Part shown: positions 9,314-17,681 of the stretch, piece after piece
Position numbering within the stretch: position 1 is the stretch's first letter
How the letters are laid out: each line of letters begins with the position of its first letter
NCBI GenBank assembly: GCA_947626115.1
Contig: CANQQX010000002.1
Span: 2,871 to 66,870, forward strand
From: an uncultured Bacilli bacterium
GTDB taxonomy: Bacteria > Bacillota_I > Bacilli_A > RF39 > UBA660
Length of the DNA: 64,000 nucleotides
Reading direction: 5' to 3'
Program-made: the position numbers and the translations under genes
The notes under the pieces: generated by a model
Databases searched by the model: none
Told to the model about the DNA's origin: nothing
Seen by the model: the letters and a program-made list of their open reading frames with translations, nothing else

Positions 9314-10089
9314 TGTCAGTAAGATCAAGAATTGCTATGAAGCAAAAAGATAATACATATAAGTCTATATCTTGTCATCATGATGGTAATTTATTTGGAA
9401 ATGGTAAAATGTTATATGAGAATTACCAGGATCCTATCAAAGTAGAATTATTAATGTCTTTAGGTGATTTATCAAGTTTAAAAGAATATATTTTTCCAGA
9501 TATTTTAAAACAACATGATTTTGATAATCCATTATGTGATGTTTGTGTTGCTTATCATCGTGATCGTGGTGAAAAATTAAATTTTGAAGTAGATAAAGAC
9601 TTAGAAAGTTTAATTAAAAATGTTTCTTTATCAGATCAAGAATATTTATATTTGTATGAGGATGGGCGTTGGAAATATGCTGATACTACTTCCAAAGATT
9701 ATAATAATATTGTGCTAAATGATTTAGAAAATGATTTAATAAAATATAACATAATTGATCAACCATCTTTTGGTAACAATAGTTATATAGATGAACTTTC
9801 AAATGAATTAGTACAATATGTTAAAAATGCTGATCCTTATGAATATAATGATGATTATGAAAATGCTGATCATGCTTTTAATGATATGAAAAAAAGTTTA
9901 TCAACTACTTCAGGAGTAGATACTTTAATAGAAAGTTTATGTAGTGATATTAATTATTATGTTAGTGAAAATGATTTATCTAACGATAATATTCTTGATA
10001 ACTTTAAAAGTGCAACAGATTTATTAATAAAATTAAATAGATATGCCAAAATTCTAGAAAAACAAAATGATAAAGAAATGGATATGTAA
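9313..10089 (+). CDS. Hypothetical conjugative-element protein with acidic C-terminal half
   Basis: 258-aa ORF translationally coupled on both sides (TAATG at both ends). No recognised motif. Confidence 0.4.
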   Translation: MSVRSRIAMKQKDNTYKSISCHHDGNLFGNGKMLYENYQDPIKVELLMSLGDLSSLKEYIFPDILKQHDFDNPLCDVCVAYHRDRGEKLNFEVDKDLESLIKNVSLSDQEYLYLYEDGRWKYADTTSKDYNNIVLNDLENDLIKYNIIDQPSFGNNSYIDELSNELVQYVKNADPYEYNDDYENADHAFNDMKKSLSTTSGVDTLIESLCSDINYYVSENDLSNDNILDNFKSATDLLIKLNRYAKILEKQNDKEMDM

Positions 10090-11006
10090 TGAAGAAAAAA
10101 ATATTATCTATTCTTTTAGGATCAATTGGTGGCATTATTTTACTTGCTCTTGTAATTATAGCACCAGTATTAATGATTCTAGATTTTTTTGGTGCTAATA
10201 TTACTGATGGTTATATTGAAAATAATAGTCAATATGCAAATGAATACATTAAAACTGTTAAAAAAAACATTAAAGCAAAAAATGGCTATGTATCACTAGA
10301 AAGAATTTTGTATTTTTATTTAGCAGATAATTCTTTAACTTTTGATGAAATATATACTGATAATTTAGATAAAGATTCTAAAAAGTTAATTCCTATAAGT
10401 GAAGTTTGCACTATACAAAAGTATAAAGTATTAGATGTTTGCAAATCTGAAAATATCTCATCTAGTGGGCAAATAAATGAAGAACAAGCAAAACCATTTG
10501 CACCGCCAATAAATTTTTCTAATTCTAATATAACTAGTTTTTTTATGGAAGAAAGAATTGTTTATGGAAAGGAAGAAATTCATAAAGCTTGGGATATATC
10601 AAGTTCTGAACAAGAGCCAGTTTATTCAACTTGTGATGGCATAGTTGAAAAAAAGTCTTTTCCATATTTAATAAATAAAATTGATAAAAATGGTGGAACT
10701 GGTAATACTATAACTATTTCTTGTGAAATAGATAATTTAAAATATAGTGTATTATATGGACATTTGTATCCAAATTCATCAACACTAAAAGTTGGTGATA
10801 ATGTAACAAAGGGACAAGTTATTGCCAGTGTTGGAACAACTGGTTATTCAACTGGTAATCATTTACACTATCAAGTTTCATTAAATGATAAGGTTATTGA
10901 TGGTATGAGTTTAGTAGATTTTAATTATGAATCTGATTATTATCAACCAGTTTATCCACCATCTTTACATGGTTATGAGGATTTTCAAACATCATATAAA
11001 AATTAA
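10089..11006 (+). CDS. Membrane-anchored M23 family peptidoglycan endopeptidase (T4SS wall hydrolase)
   Basis: N-terminal TM helix. The C-terminus (YGHLYPNSS...VGTTGYSTGNHLHYQV) matches the M23 metallopeptidase HxH region. Confidence 0.8.
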   Translation: MKKKILSILLGSIGGIILLALVIIAPVLMILDFFGANITDGYIENNSQYANEYIKTVKKNIKAKNGYVSLERILYFYLADNSLTFDEIYTDNLDKDSKKLIPISEVCTIQKYKVLDVCKSENISSSGQINEEQAKPFAPPINFSNSNITSFFMEERIVYGKEEIHKAWDISSSEQEPVYSTCDGIVEKKSFPYLINKIDKNGGTGNTITISCEIDNLKYSVLYGHLYPNSSTLKVGDNVTKGQVIASVGTTGYSTGNHLHYQVSLNDKVIDGMSLVDFNYESDYYQPVYPPSLHGYEDFQTSYKN

Positions 11007-11020
11007 TAAAATAAAAATTT

Positions 11021-11234
11021 AGGATGAAAATTAAAAAAATAAAAGTCCCAAATATAAAGAATAAAAAAGGTTTTTATCCTTTGAATCAACCTACAAAGTA
11101 GGATGAATTTTGCAAGTGCAAAATCAGTCTTACACAATACTAAACCCTTATAAAATAAGGATTTGTTTAGTGTTATTGTGTAAGTTTCTTATCCTGCTTT
11201 TTTATATATTATCAAATTTGGGACTTTTCATCCT
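11021..11234. other. About 215-nt nested inverted-repeat element (candidate oriT, ssDNA-active element or structured RNA)
   Basis: Outer arms 11021-11030 plus 11042-11053 pair with 11216-11234. Inner hairpins are at 11090-11102, 11108-11123, and 11129-11145/11165-11184 with an apical CCTTA/TAAGG. Confidence 0.6.
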
Positions 11235-11253
11235 ATTAATATAAGGAGGTTAA

Positions 11254-11418
11254 ATGAGAAGATTTGATTTTTGGTTACCTATTGACCTATTTAATAGGAT
11301 TAAATTAATGGCCCAATTCTATGGTGTTCATATTTCAAAAATGATGATACAACTTTTAGAAATGGGATATATTGATATGTTAAAAGGAGGTTATGATAAT
11401 GAAACTGTCAATAAATAA
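11254..11418 (+). CDS. Ribbon-helix-helix (CopG/Arc-like) DNA-binding protein; not in the ORF track (54 aa)
   Basis: SD AAGGAGG at 11243-11249 and ATG at 11254. MRRFDFWLPIDLFNRIKLMAQFYGVHISKMMIQLLEMGY fits the beta-strand/helix/helix RHH layout. Confidence 0.6.
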   Translation: MRRFDFWLPIDLFNRIKLMAQFYGVHISKMMIQLLEMGYIDMLKGGYDNETVNK

Positions 11419-11845
11419 ATTAATTGCAAATGATATAATAAATTATGGTATGGATCAAGCCAGTCAAATGGAAAACTGTAATAATGCTAATTATATTGTT
11501 TCTCTTGATACATACTTAAAAGATTTTGATAAAGATTCACAAAAATATATTTTAAAAAACATAGATTTTATAATTGAAGATATAAGTACTAGTGAGCGTG
11601 TTTTTGATTTAGAGATAGAAAAAGAAGATAAAAATATAAACTTAGATATGATTTTCTCTTGGGGAAATTTACTTAATGAAGTTGATAAAAAAATAGATTC
11701 TACTGCTAAAAGTATGGGTGTAGAAATGGATTTAAAAGATATTAAAGAAATGTCTACTAATATATTAGATGATGATGCTCTCAATGATGATATAATTAGT
11801 AGAATAAAATATTTTGATAACGAACATGATAAGGAGTTAAGCTAA
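11393..11845 (+). CDS. Hypothetical strongly acidic protein
   Basis: 150 aa, Asp/Glu-rich, overlapping the RHH gene end. The antisense ORF 11491-11784 is a shadow. Confidence 0.4.
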   Translation: MIMKLSINKLIANDIINYGMDQASQMENCNNANYIVSLDTYLKDFDKDSQKYILKNIDFIIEDISTSERVFDLEIEKEDKNINLDMIFSWGNLLNEVDKKIDSTAKSMGVEMDLKDIKEMSTNILDDDALNDDIISRIKYFDNEHDKELS

Positions 11846-11848
11846 ATA

Positions 11849-12250
11849 ATGAAAGTTCGTTTATATACTGATGAAGAGATTAAAAAATTAAAACAGTGTG
11901 TCTTTGTCAGGAATATAAGATATAAAAGAGAAATAGAGTATGATCCAATTTTTAAATTATGGACTATTATGATGAGATATGATATGCCAGAATTATCCGC
12001 AAGAGAAATATTTGCTCGTGGTGGTTTTGATGTAAATATACTTCACAAAAAATTACCGCAACGAAGAATTAAAGAATGGACTGATAATTATAAAAAATTC
12101 GGTATAAGATATTTTTTACCAGAAAATAAATATTATGAAAGCGTTGACTGTCCGAAACCAGTTAAAAAAGTTCATGATACTTTTAAAATACAAATATTGG
12201 ATTATGTTTTAACGCGATTAAAGGAAATTGATTTTAATGACAATAGATAA
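11849..12250 (+). CDS. Hypothetical protein in the relaxosome gene block
   Basis: 133-aa ORF, 3 nt after the previous stop and overlapping the next gene. No firm motif. Confidence 0.35.
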   Translation: MKVRLYTDEEIKKLKQCVFVRNIRYKREIEYDPIFKLWTIMMRYDMPELSAREIFARGGFDVNILHKKLPQRRIKEWTDNYKKFGIRYFLPENKYYESVDCPKPVKKVHDTFKIQILDYVLTRLKEIDFNDNR

Positions 12251-12554
12251 GCATATATATTTTACTAATGAAGAATATGCTCGTATAAAAGATTATGCTG
12301 ATAGGAATAAGTTATCGTTTTCTAAAACTGTATGTAATTTATCTATATCTGCTTTAAATGATAATGAAATTTTAGATAGATTTAATAAGTTGGAAAAAAG
12401 TATTGAATATATTATAAAAAAACAGCATGTTATTCATTTATTAGAAGAGCAAATATATTCAGATATGGATTTTGAAAATGTTTCAGATCCTAAAAAAAGT
12501 AAACCTTTAAATGAATTTAATAAAAGGATTAGGAATAATTATATAAATGACTAA
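12228..12554 (+). CDS. MobC-like relaxosome accessory protein
   Basis: FTNEEYARIKDYADRNKLSFSKTVCNLSISAL resembles the MobC/RHH accessory pattern. It overlaps the relaxase start. Confidence 0.5.
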   Translation: MILMTIDKHIYFTNEEYARIKDYADRNKLSFSKTVCNLSISALNDNEILDRFNKLEKSIEYIIKKQHVIHLLEEQIYSDMDFENVSDPKKSKPLNEFNKRIRNNYIND

Positions 12555-13854
12555 AAGTCCTAAGGTTATTTTTAATTCTATTTTTACCTTTGCTTTCAAT
12601 AATCCGGATAGTAAATATACAAATCATGCTAAATCTATTAAAAGAGTTCAAGATATGTATGACTACTATACTAATGAAGAAAAACGAGCTATGTCTATGT
12701 ATGATTATTATACTGGTAAACTTACTAAGGAAAAAACTATGAATTTAGTTATGGAAAATGGAAAATTTGCTAGTGAAGCTGAAGTTGAAAGAAGAAAAAA
12801 GCTATCAGTTAAGTATTTAGAAAATTCTAATTTATGGCAAGGCGTGCTATCATTTAATAATGATTATATTAATGAGAATATTGACATTCATAAACTAGAA
12901 CAAGAACTTGCTACAAATATATTACCTAAATTTTTTAAAAAATGTGGATTTAAAGATTCCAAAAAAATGTTTTATCAATTAGCACTTCATACTGATACTG
13001 ATAACTTACATTTTCATTTTTCGTTTATGGAAAAACAACCTAACTATATATATTCTAAAAATAAGATTGGTTATAGAAGATCTGGCGAATTATCACAAAC
13101 TGAAATTGACTTTTTAAAAAATCAAGTAATACATACTATTGAAAAAGAAAAAATTTATACTCCTTTACTGAAAGAAACAAATAAAGATATAGAAGAATTA
13201 AAAAAATATTTTAATCCAAAAGAAAAAAATTATCTTCTAAGAGATAAAAAAGACTTATTATTTGAAGAAAAAATATTAAAGTTAGGACAACTACTTTATA
13301 ATGAAAGAATTAATAAAGAGACTAAAATTAAGTATGGATCAATTAAAAATAAAGAAATAATAAATCTTACCAAAGAAATTAAAAATTACATTTTTTCTAA
13401 TTCTAATCCTAATTTTAAATTAGACTATGATAGTTTTAAAAAATCATTAAATAAAATTAATTCTTATTTCTATAAAATTAATGAAGATAATAATATTAAA
13501 ACTATTGATGTAGATACCACTTTAATTGATTCAAAAAATAAATATGTAGATAATTATATATATAATGCTATTGTCAACTATGCTGATTATAATTATAAAA
13601 AGGAATCTAAGTCTTTTAATAAAATTAAAGAAAATGATATTATACAAGAAATTGTTTTAAAACATTATCTTAAAAATAAAAAGCAAACTAGAAAAGATAT
13701 ACTTAAAAATTATCTTTCTGGTAATAATCCAAAGCAAAGATTTAGAAATAGAATTAAACTTGAACAATCTATTAAAAATATTAATGCGGAAATGGAAGAA
13801 GCTCAAAAAGAATTTAGTAAATTATTTGAAAATGACAATTATTATTCAAAATAG
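12547..13854 (+). CDS. Conjugative relaxase (MOBQ/MOBP-type nuclease domain)
   Basis: LALHTDTDNLHFHFSFME is an HxDxD...HxH metal-binding motif of the Relaxase/Mobilisation nuclease family. Preceded by accessory genes. Confidence 0.7.
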   Translation: MTKSPKVIFNSIFTFAFNNPDSKYTNHAKSIKRVQDMYDYYTNEEKRAMSMYDYYTGKLTKEKTMNLVMENGKFASEAEVERRKKLSVKYLENSNLWQGVLSFNNDYINENIDIHKLEQELATNILPKFFKKCGFKDSKKMFYQLALHTDTDNLHFHFSFMEKQPNYIYSKNKIGYRRSGELSQTEIDFLKNQVIHTIEKEKIYTPLLKETNKDIEELKKYFNPKEKNYLLRDKKDLLFEEKILKLGQLLYNERINKETKIKYGSIKNKEIINLTKEIKNYIFSNSNPNFKLDYDSFKKSLNKINSYFYKINEDNNIKTIDVDTTLIDSKNKYVDNYIYNAIVNYADYNYKKESKSFNKIKENDIIQEIVLKHYLKNKKQTRKDILKNYLSGNNPKQRFRNRIKLEQSIKNINAEMEEAQKEFSKLFENDNYYSK

Positions 13855-13887
13855 TTGCAAATTTTATAAAAAAATGTTATTATACAG

Positions 13888-13917
13888 TTGTGATAAATAA
13901 AAAAAGGTTTATCACAA
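13888..13917. repeat. Perfect 10-bp inverted repeat downstream of the relaxase gene
   Basis: TTGTGATAAA (13888-13897) and TTTATCACAA (13908-13917). No T-run follows. Confidence 0.7.
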
Positions 13918-14088
13918 GTGAACCATTTTACTTTACCGTGCATACAATCTTTACAGATAAATGCTATGGTAAACAACAAAATAGTTGCTAGTATAGGACT
14001 ATTTTTTCATTTATAATATTAAAGTTTTTATATTTTTAAATAGAAAAGGACATATTGTACATTATAAATAAAAAGATAGGGTGATTAT

Positions 14089-14298
14089 ATGGGATTAGCA
14101 TTTTACATTAATAAGCATATATATGTTATTGTAGCAATAATCGTAATAATAACTTTTATTGTTATAGCTATTTTTTGGTATAAATATAAAAAAGATTCTA
14201 GAGAACTAAAAGAATTTTTTGGGAATATAGTTTCTTGTTCAATGTATGATTTTAAGCATAAAGTTAATAAACATGAAGTAGCAACAAAAAATAAGTAA
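14089..14298 (+). CDS. Single-pass membrane protein (69 aa)
   Basis: Central hydrophobic helix VIVAIIVIITFIVIAIFW followed by a basic stretch. SD GATAGGGTGA. Confidence 0.45.
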   Translation: MGLAFYINKHIYVIVAIIVIITFIVIAIFWYKYKKDSRELKEFFGNIVSCSMYDFKHKVNKHEVATKNK

Positions 14299-14501
14299 TG
14301 ATGAAAATAGCAAATAAAGAATTATTAAAAAAAATATATAGTGAATTAAAATTAAATCCGAAAGTATCTCAAAAAACATTAGCAAGAAAATATAATGTTT
14401 GTGAGAGAACAATCAGAAGATACTATAAAGTTTTAAAAGATAATGGTTTTATTATTCAATATAGCTCAGGAAGAAGCACAGAATGGAATATTATAAATTA
14501 A
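14298..14501 (+). CDS. Small winged-HTH transcriptional regulator (67 aa)
   Basis: VSQKTLARKYNVCERTIRRYYKVLKDNGFI is an HTH. Start overlaps the previous stop (TAATG). Confidence 0.55.
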   Translation: MMKIANKELLKKIYSELKLNPKVSQKTLARKYNVCERTIRRYYKVLKDNGFIIQYSSGRSTEWNIIN

Positions 14502-14578
14502 TGTATTATAATATGTTATATATGTTTTAATTTAAATGTTGCGTAATTAACTCTACTAGAATTTTTGCAGGAGGTATT

Positions 14579-15292
14579 ATGAAATGCGTTAATTGTAACT
14601 CTACAAATGTCCAAAAAGATGGAAATCATAATGGTTATCAAAGGTATAAATGTTTAAATTGTAAAAAAAGATTTGATTTTGGAAAATATGAAAATGTTAA
14701 TGAGTATATTTTACATTTTAATCTTAAATTAAAAAAACAGGATAATAACAAATTAACAAGAGAAAATTATTGTGTTCCATCAAATAAGCCAAGTTATTAT
14801 GGAAGAGAAGTTTATAGCGATGAATGGGTAAAAAAACAACATGAAAGATGTTTAAAAAATTTTGATGGTAAGATGACAAAAGTCAATAAATTAAATCATA
14901 ATGATTTTAATAACTATTTAATTAATTTTGTAAATAAATATGATTTTAAAGAAATTAAAGATTTAAATGAAGTTAATAATATATCAGGAATATATATAAT
15001 GGTTTTAGATAGCTATTCGCAAGTTTATATTGGTATGTCAAAAAATACAATAAAAAGAAGGATTATTGAACATTGGCGAAAACGAATACCGTTTGATCGA
15101 TTAGTGTCTAGTAAAAACCGTAATTCTTTAATCAATATTGATTCATTTGGAGCGTTAGACACAACTAGAATATTTTATAAACAAGTTGAGTCAGAACTTT
15201 GTGATAATTATTTAGATAAAACTGTAAATGAATTTAATGATATTTATAATTTAAATAGTGATTTAGATGAGCAAACTCTAAGTGATATATAA
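14579..15292 (+). CDS. Zn-ribbon (IS1 InsA-like) + GIY-YIG nuclease domain protein
   Basis: N-terminus CVNCNSTNVQKDGNHNGYQRYKCLNCKKRF is a CxxC...CxxC ribbon. C-terminus ISGIYIMVLDSYSQVYIGMSKNTIKRRIIEHW carries GIY...YIG...R...H. SD GCAGGAGG. Confidence 0.65.
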   Translation: MKCVNCNSTNVQKDGNHNGYQRYKCLNCKKRFDFGKYENVNEYILHFNLKLKKQDNNKLTRENYCVPSNKPSYYGREVYSDEWVKKQHERCLKNFDGKMTKVNKLNHNDFNNYLINFVNKYDFKEIKDLNEVNNISGIYIMVLDSYSQVYIGMSKNTIKRRIIEHWRKRIPFDRLVSSKNRNSLINIDSFGALDTTRIFYKQVESELCDNYLDKTVNEFNDIYNLNSDLDEQTLSDI

Positions 15293-15305
15293 AGTTTGCT
15301 TTTTT
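15271..15305 (+). terminator. Intrinsic terminator
   Basis: GCAAACT (15271-15277) pairs with AGTTTGC (15293-15299), followed by T6. Confidence 0.6.
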
Positions 15306-15489
15306 ATTCTCTTTTTAACACTTGTACTAAATTATCTAAATGAATAAATGTTAAATGAATTCTTGATTTTTAGTGGTTATTATTAATTGTAATAAATATC
15401 ACAAATTGATATTTATTACTGAAAAACTGTTATTTATGTTCAAATTGTAGTCAAATTTTTACAACAAATAATACAGAATTATACATTTT

Positions 15490-15543
15490 AGCACATTAAA
15501 TTAGCACATTAAATTTGACAAATGTTTACAAATGTGTTATACT
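15490..15543 (+). promoter_or_regulatory. Near-consensus sigma-A promoter with operator-like direct repeats
   Basis: TTGACA (15515-15520), a 17-nt spacer, then TATACT (15538-15543). AGCACATTAAATT occurs twice in tandem (15490-15515) abutting the -35. ACAAATGT occurs twice in the spacer (15518-15525, 15528-15535). Confidence 0.65.
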
Positions 15544-15607
15544 TTTTTTATCAACGAGGGGGTTAAATACATTTCTTTGAAATTTTATGATAAGGGGGAA
15601 TTTAAAA

Positions 15608-16141
15608 ATGGAAAAGAAAGTTGACAAGAAAAGAATAGTAAAATTTGCAGCAGCAGGTTTATTAACTGCTACATTAGCAACAGGTATAGGATTACATATA
15701 TATGATTCAAATATTGATCATTTGAATGAATATTGTCCACTTAATAATATTTTTGGTGCACAACATCAAGTTCACGAAATTAATAATGAATATGCTGTAT
15801 ATGGAATAAATGCCTTTTATGCAGAAAATGGTAGAGCCCAATTGGTCTCTGCACCTATGATATCAGAAAAGGATGGTAAAACAATTTATACTGCCCCAAT
15901 TGGGTATGAATTATCTAATGGTCAAGTAGTAAAAAATGTTGGATTTGATGAATTAGAGAAAGATAAAGAAGATGCAATTGTTTTAACATCTGGAACTCCA
16001 GTATATCCTGAAGGTGCACAACCAGGAGATATAATAAGAAAGTCTGATATTCAAGTATATGATCCACAAGTTGTTAAATTGATTAGAGCTAATCAAGAAA
16101 TTGAATCTGAATTAATAGATCAAGAAAAACTCTCAAGATAG
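15608..16141 (+). CDS. Membrane-anchored extracytoplasmic protein, unknown function
   Basis: SD AAGGGGGA upstream of ATG 15608. N-terminal basic stretch plus hydrophobic helix (FAAAGLLTATLATGIGL). No known motif. Confidence 0.45.
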   Translation: MEKKVDKKRIVKFAAAGLLTATLATGIGLHIYDSNIDHLNEYCPLNNIFGAQHQVHEINNEYAVYGINAFYAENGRAQLVSAPMISEKDGKTIYTAPIGYELSNGQVVKNVGFDELEKDKEDAIVLTSGTPVYPEGAQPGDIIRKSDIQVYDPQVVKLIRANQEIESELIDQEKLSR

Positions 16142-16161
16142 ATAGAAAAGAGAATGATAAA

Positions 16162-16425
16162 ATGAGAAGTATGCAATTTGCAGTAGAAGATAAAAATGGA
16201 AGAAAAATAATCTGTGAAGTAATTGCAACTTATCATGATGATGAAACAAATAAAGATTATATTGTATATACTGATAAAACTTTAGATGAAAATAAAAAAT
16301 TAAAATTATATTATTCATTGTATAAACAAATTGATAATAATATTAAATTAATTGATATTAAAGATTCTGAAGATAAAAAAATAGGATTACAATTAATTAA
16401 AGAAATTATTAATGATATAAAATAA
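16162..16425 (+). CDS. DUF1292 family protein (ICE-borne paralogue)
   Basis: FAVEDKNGRKIICEVIATYHDDETNKDYIVYTD fits the DUF1292 pattern. A chromosomal family member lies at 58218-58421. Confidence 0.55.
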   Translation: MRSMQFAVEDKNGRKIICEVIATYHDDETNKDYIVYTDKTLDENKKLKLYYSLYKQIDNNIKLIDIKDSEDKKIGLQLIKEIINDIK

Positions 16426-16657
16426 CAAAATTAAAGCATTGAACTTAAATAGTTTGGTGCTTTTTTATGTTATAAGTTTATGTCAAATAAGTTTGATATC
16501 GAAAATATAATTTATAAATTAGATAAAACATCGGTTTTTGTATCAGAGCAGATTACAATTTGAGATAGCGTTGATATAAAAGTTGGATTTCTAATAATAA
16601 AATAAAAATATTTATGTTACAATGAATAAGAAGATTTATATGAGGTGGGAATATATT

Positions 16658-17617
16658 ATGGAAAAATTGAGTTTATTGCAAAAAAGAAAAATGGCAATCG
16701 AAGAATTAATAAAATATGAAAATGAACTAAGAAAATATAATTATGATAATGGTTATCAATTAAAAGCTATAAATATTAGGAAAAAAATACATTGGTTAGT
16801 TAGTTTGATTCTTAAAATAGATCAAGTGCTATCTAAAGAAAAAATAATAGTTTTAAATGATAAGCATAATACTCAAAGTAATAATTCAAGAATTTATGCA
16901 TGTACTCATATAGGTGGTAATGATATTCAAAGAACTTTTCAAGTTATAAAAGAGCCAGCTTATCTTATGTTAGGTGATCCAGGTATTTTATATAAAATGC
17001 TTATTTATCAAGGTTTAAGAATGAATGGAGTTATACCACTAGATACTGCAGACAAAAAAGATAGAAAAATTGCCTATAATAGGAGTATTGAACTTTTAAA
17101 TAAAGGTGGTAATTTATTAATTTATCCAGAAGGAGCTTGGAATGTTTCACCTAATTTAGTGGTAATGAAAATATTTAAAGGTGCTATCAGAATGGCTAAA
17201 GAAACTGGTGCTGAAATAATTCCAATTGGTGTAGAACAGTATGATGATACATTTTATTTTAATATAGGTGAAAATTATACTATTTCAAAAGATACTTTAA
17301 AATCTGAAGATGAATTGAGAGATGAATTAAGAGAAAAGTTAGCAACATTAAAATGGGAAATTATTGAATCACAACCAAAGTTTGATAGAGCAGATTTAAC
17401 TGATAATTATTTGGAAGATTTTCAAAATAAAATTGTTGAAAGATGTAATTATGGTTATGGTTTTTCATTACAAGATGCTTTAGCAGAAAGTTTTCACGAT
17501 AAAACAGTTGTTGATGAAGAAGAAGTGTATTCATTTTTAGATGATTTAGAAATTGGAAAACATAATGCTTTTCTGTTACAAAACAAATTAAATTTACAAA
17601 GAATAAGAAAAAAATAA
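16658..17617 (+). CDS. PlsC/LPLAT-family acyltransferase
   Basis: HIGGND (HX4D) and LIYPEGAWN motifs. SD GAGGTGGG upstream of ATG 16658. Confidence 0.65.
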   Translation: MEKLSLLQKRKMAIEELIKYENELRKYNYDNGYQLKAINIRKKIHWLVSLILKIDQVLSKEKIIVLNDKHNTQSNNSRIYACTHIGGNDIQRTFQVIKEPAYLMLGDPGILYKMLIYQGLRMNGVIPLDTADKKDRKIAYNRSIELLNKGGNLLIYPEGAWNVSPNLVVMKIFKGAIRMAKETGAEIIPIGVEQYDDTFYFNIGENYTISKDTLKSEDELRDELREKLATLKWEIIESQPKFDRADLTDNYLEDFQNKIVERCNYGYGFSLQDALAESFHDKTVVDEEEVYSFLDDLEIGKHNAFLLQNKLNLQRIRKK

Positions 17618-17681
17618 TAACAATTAATAGATTAAATTAATAAGTTTATGATATAATTGTTAATAGTAAGAGGTTGATGGT

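Noticed and set aside
11021-11234. Retron msr/msd or group II intron interpretation of the nested hairpin element
   Set aside because: No reverse transcriptase or intron-encoded protein ORF lies nearby, and I could not recognise intron domain V/VI signatures. The flanking genes are relaxosome components.
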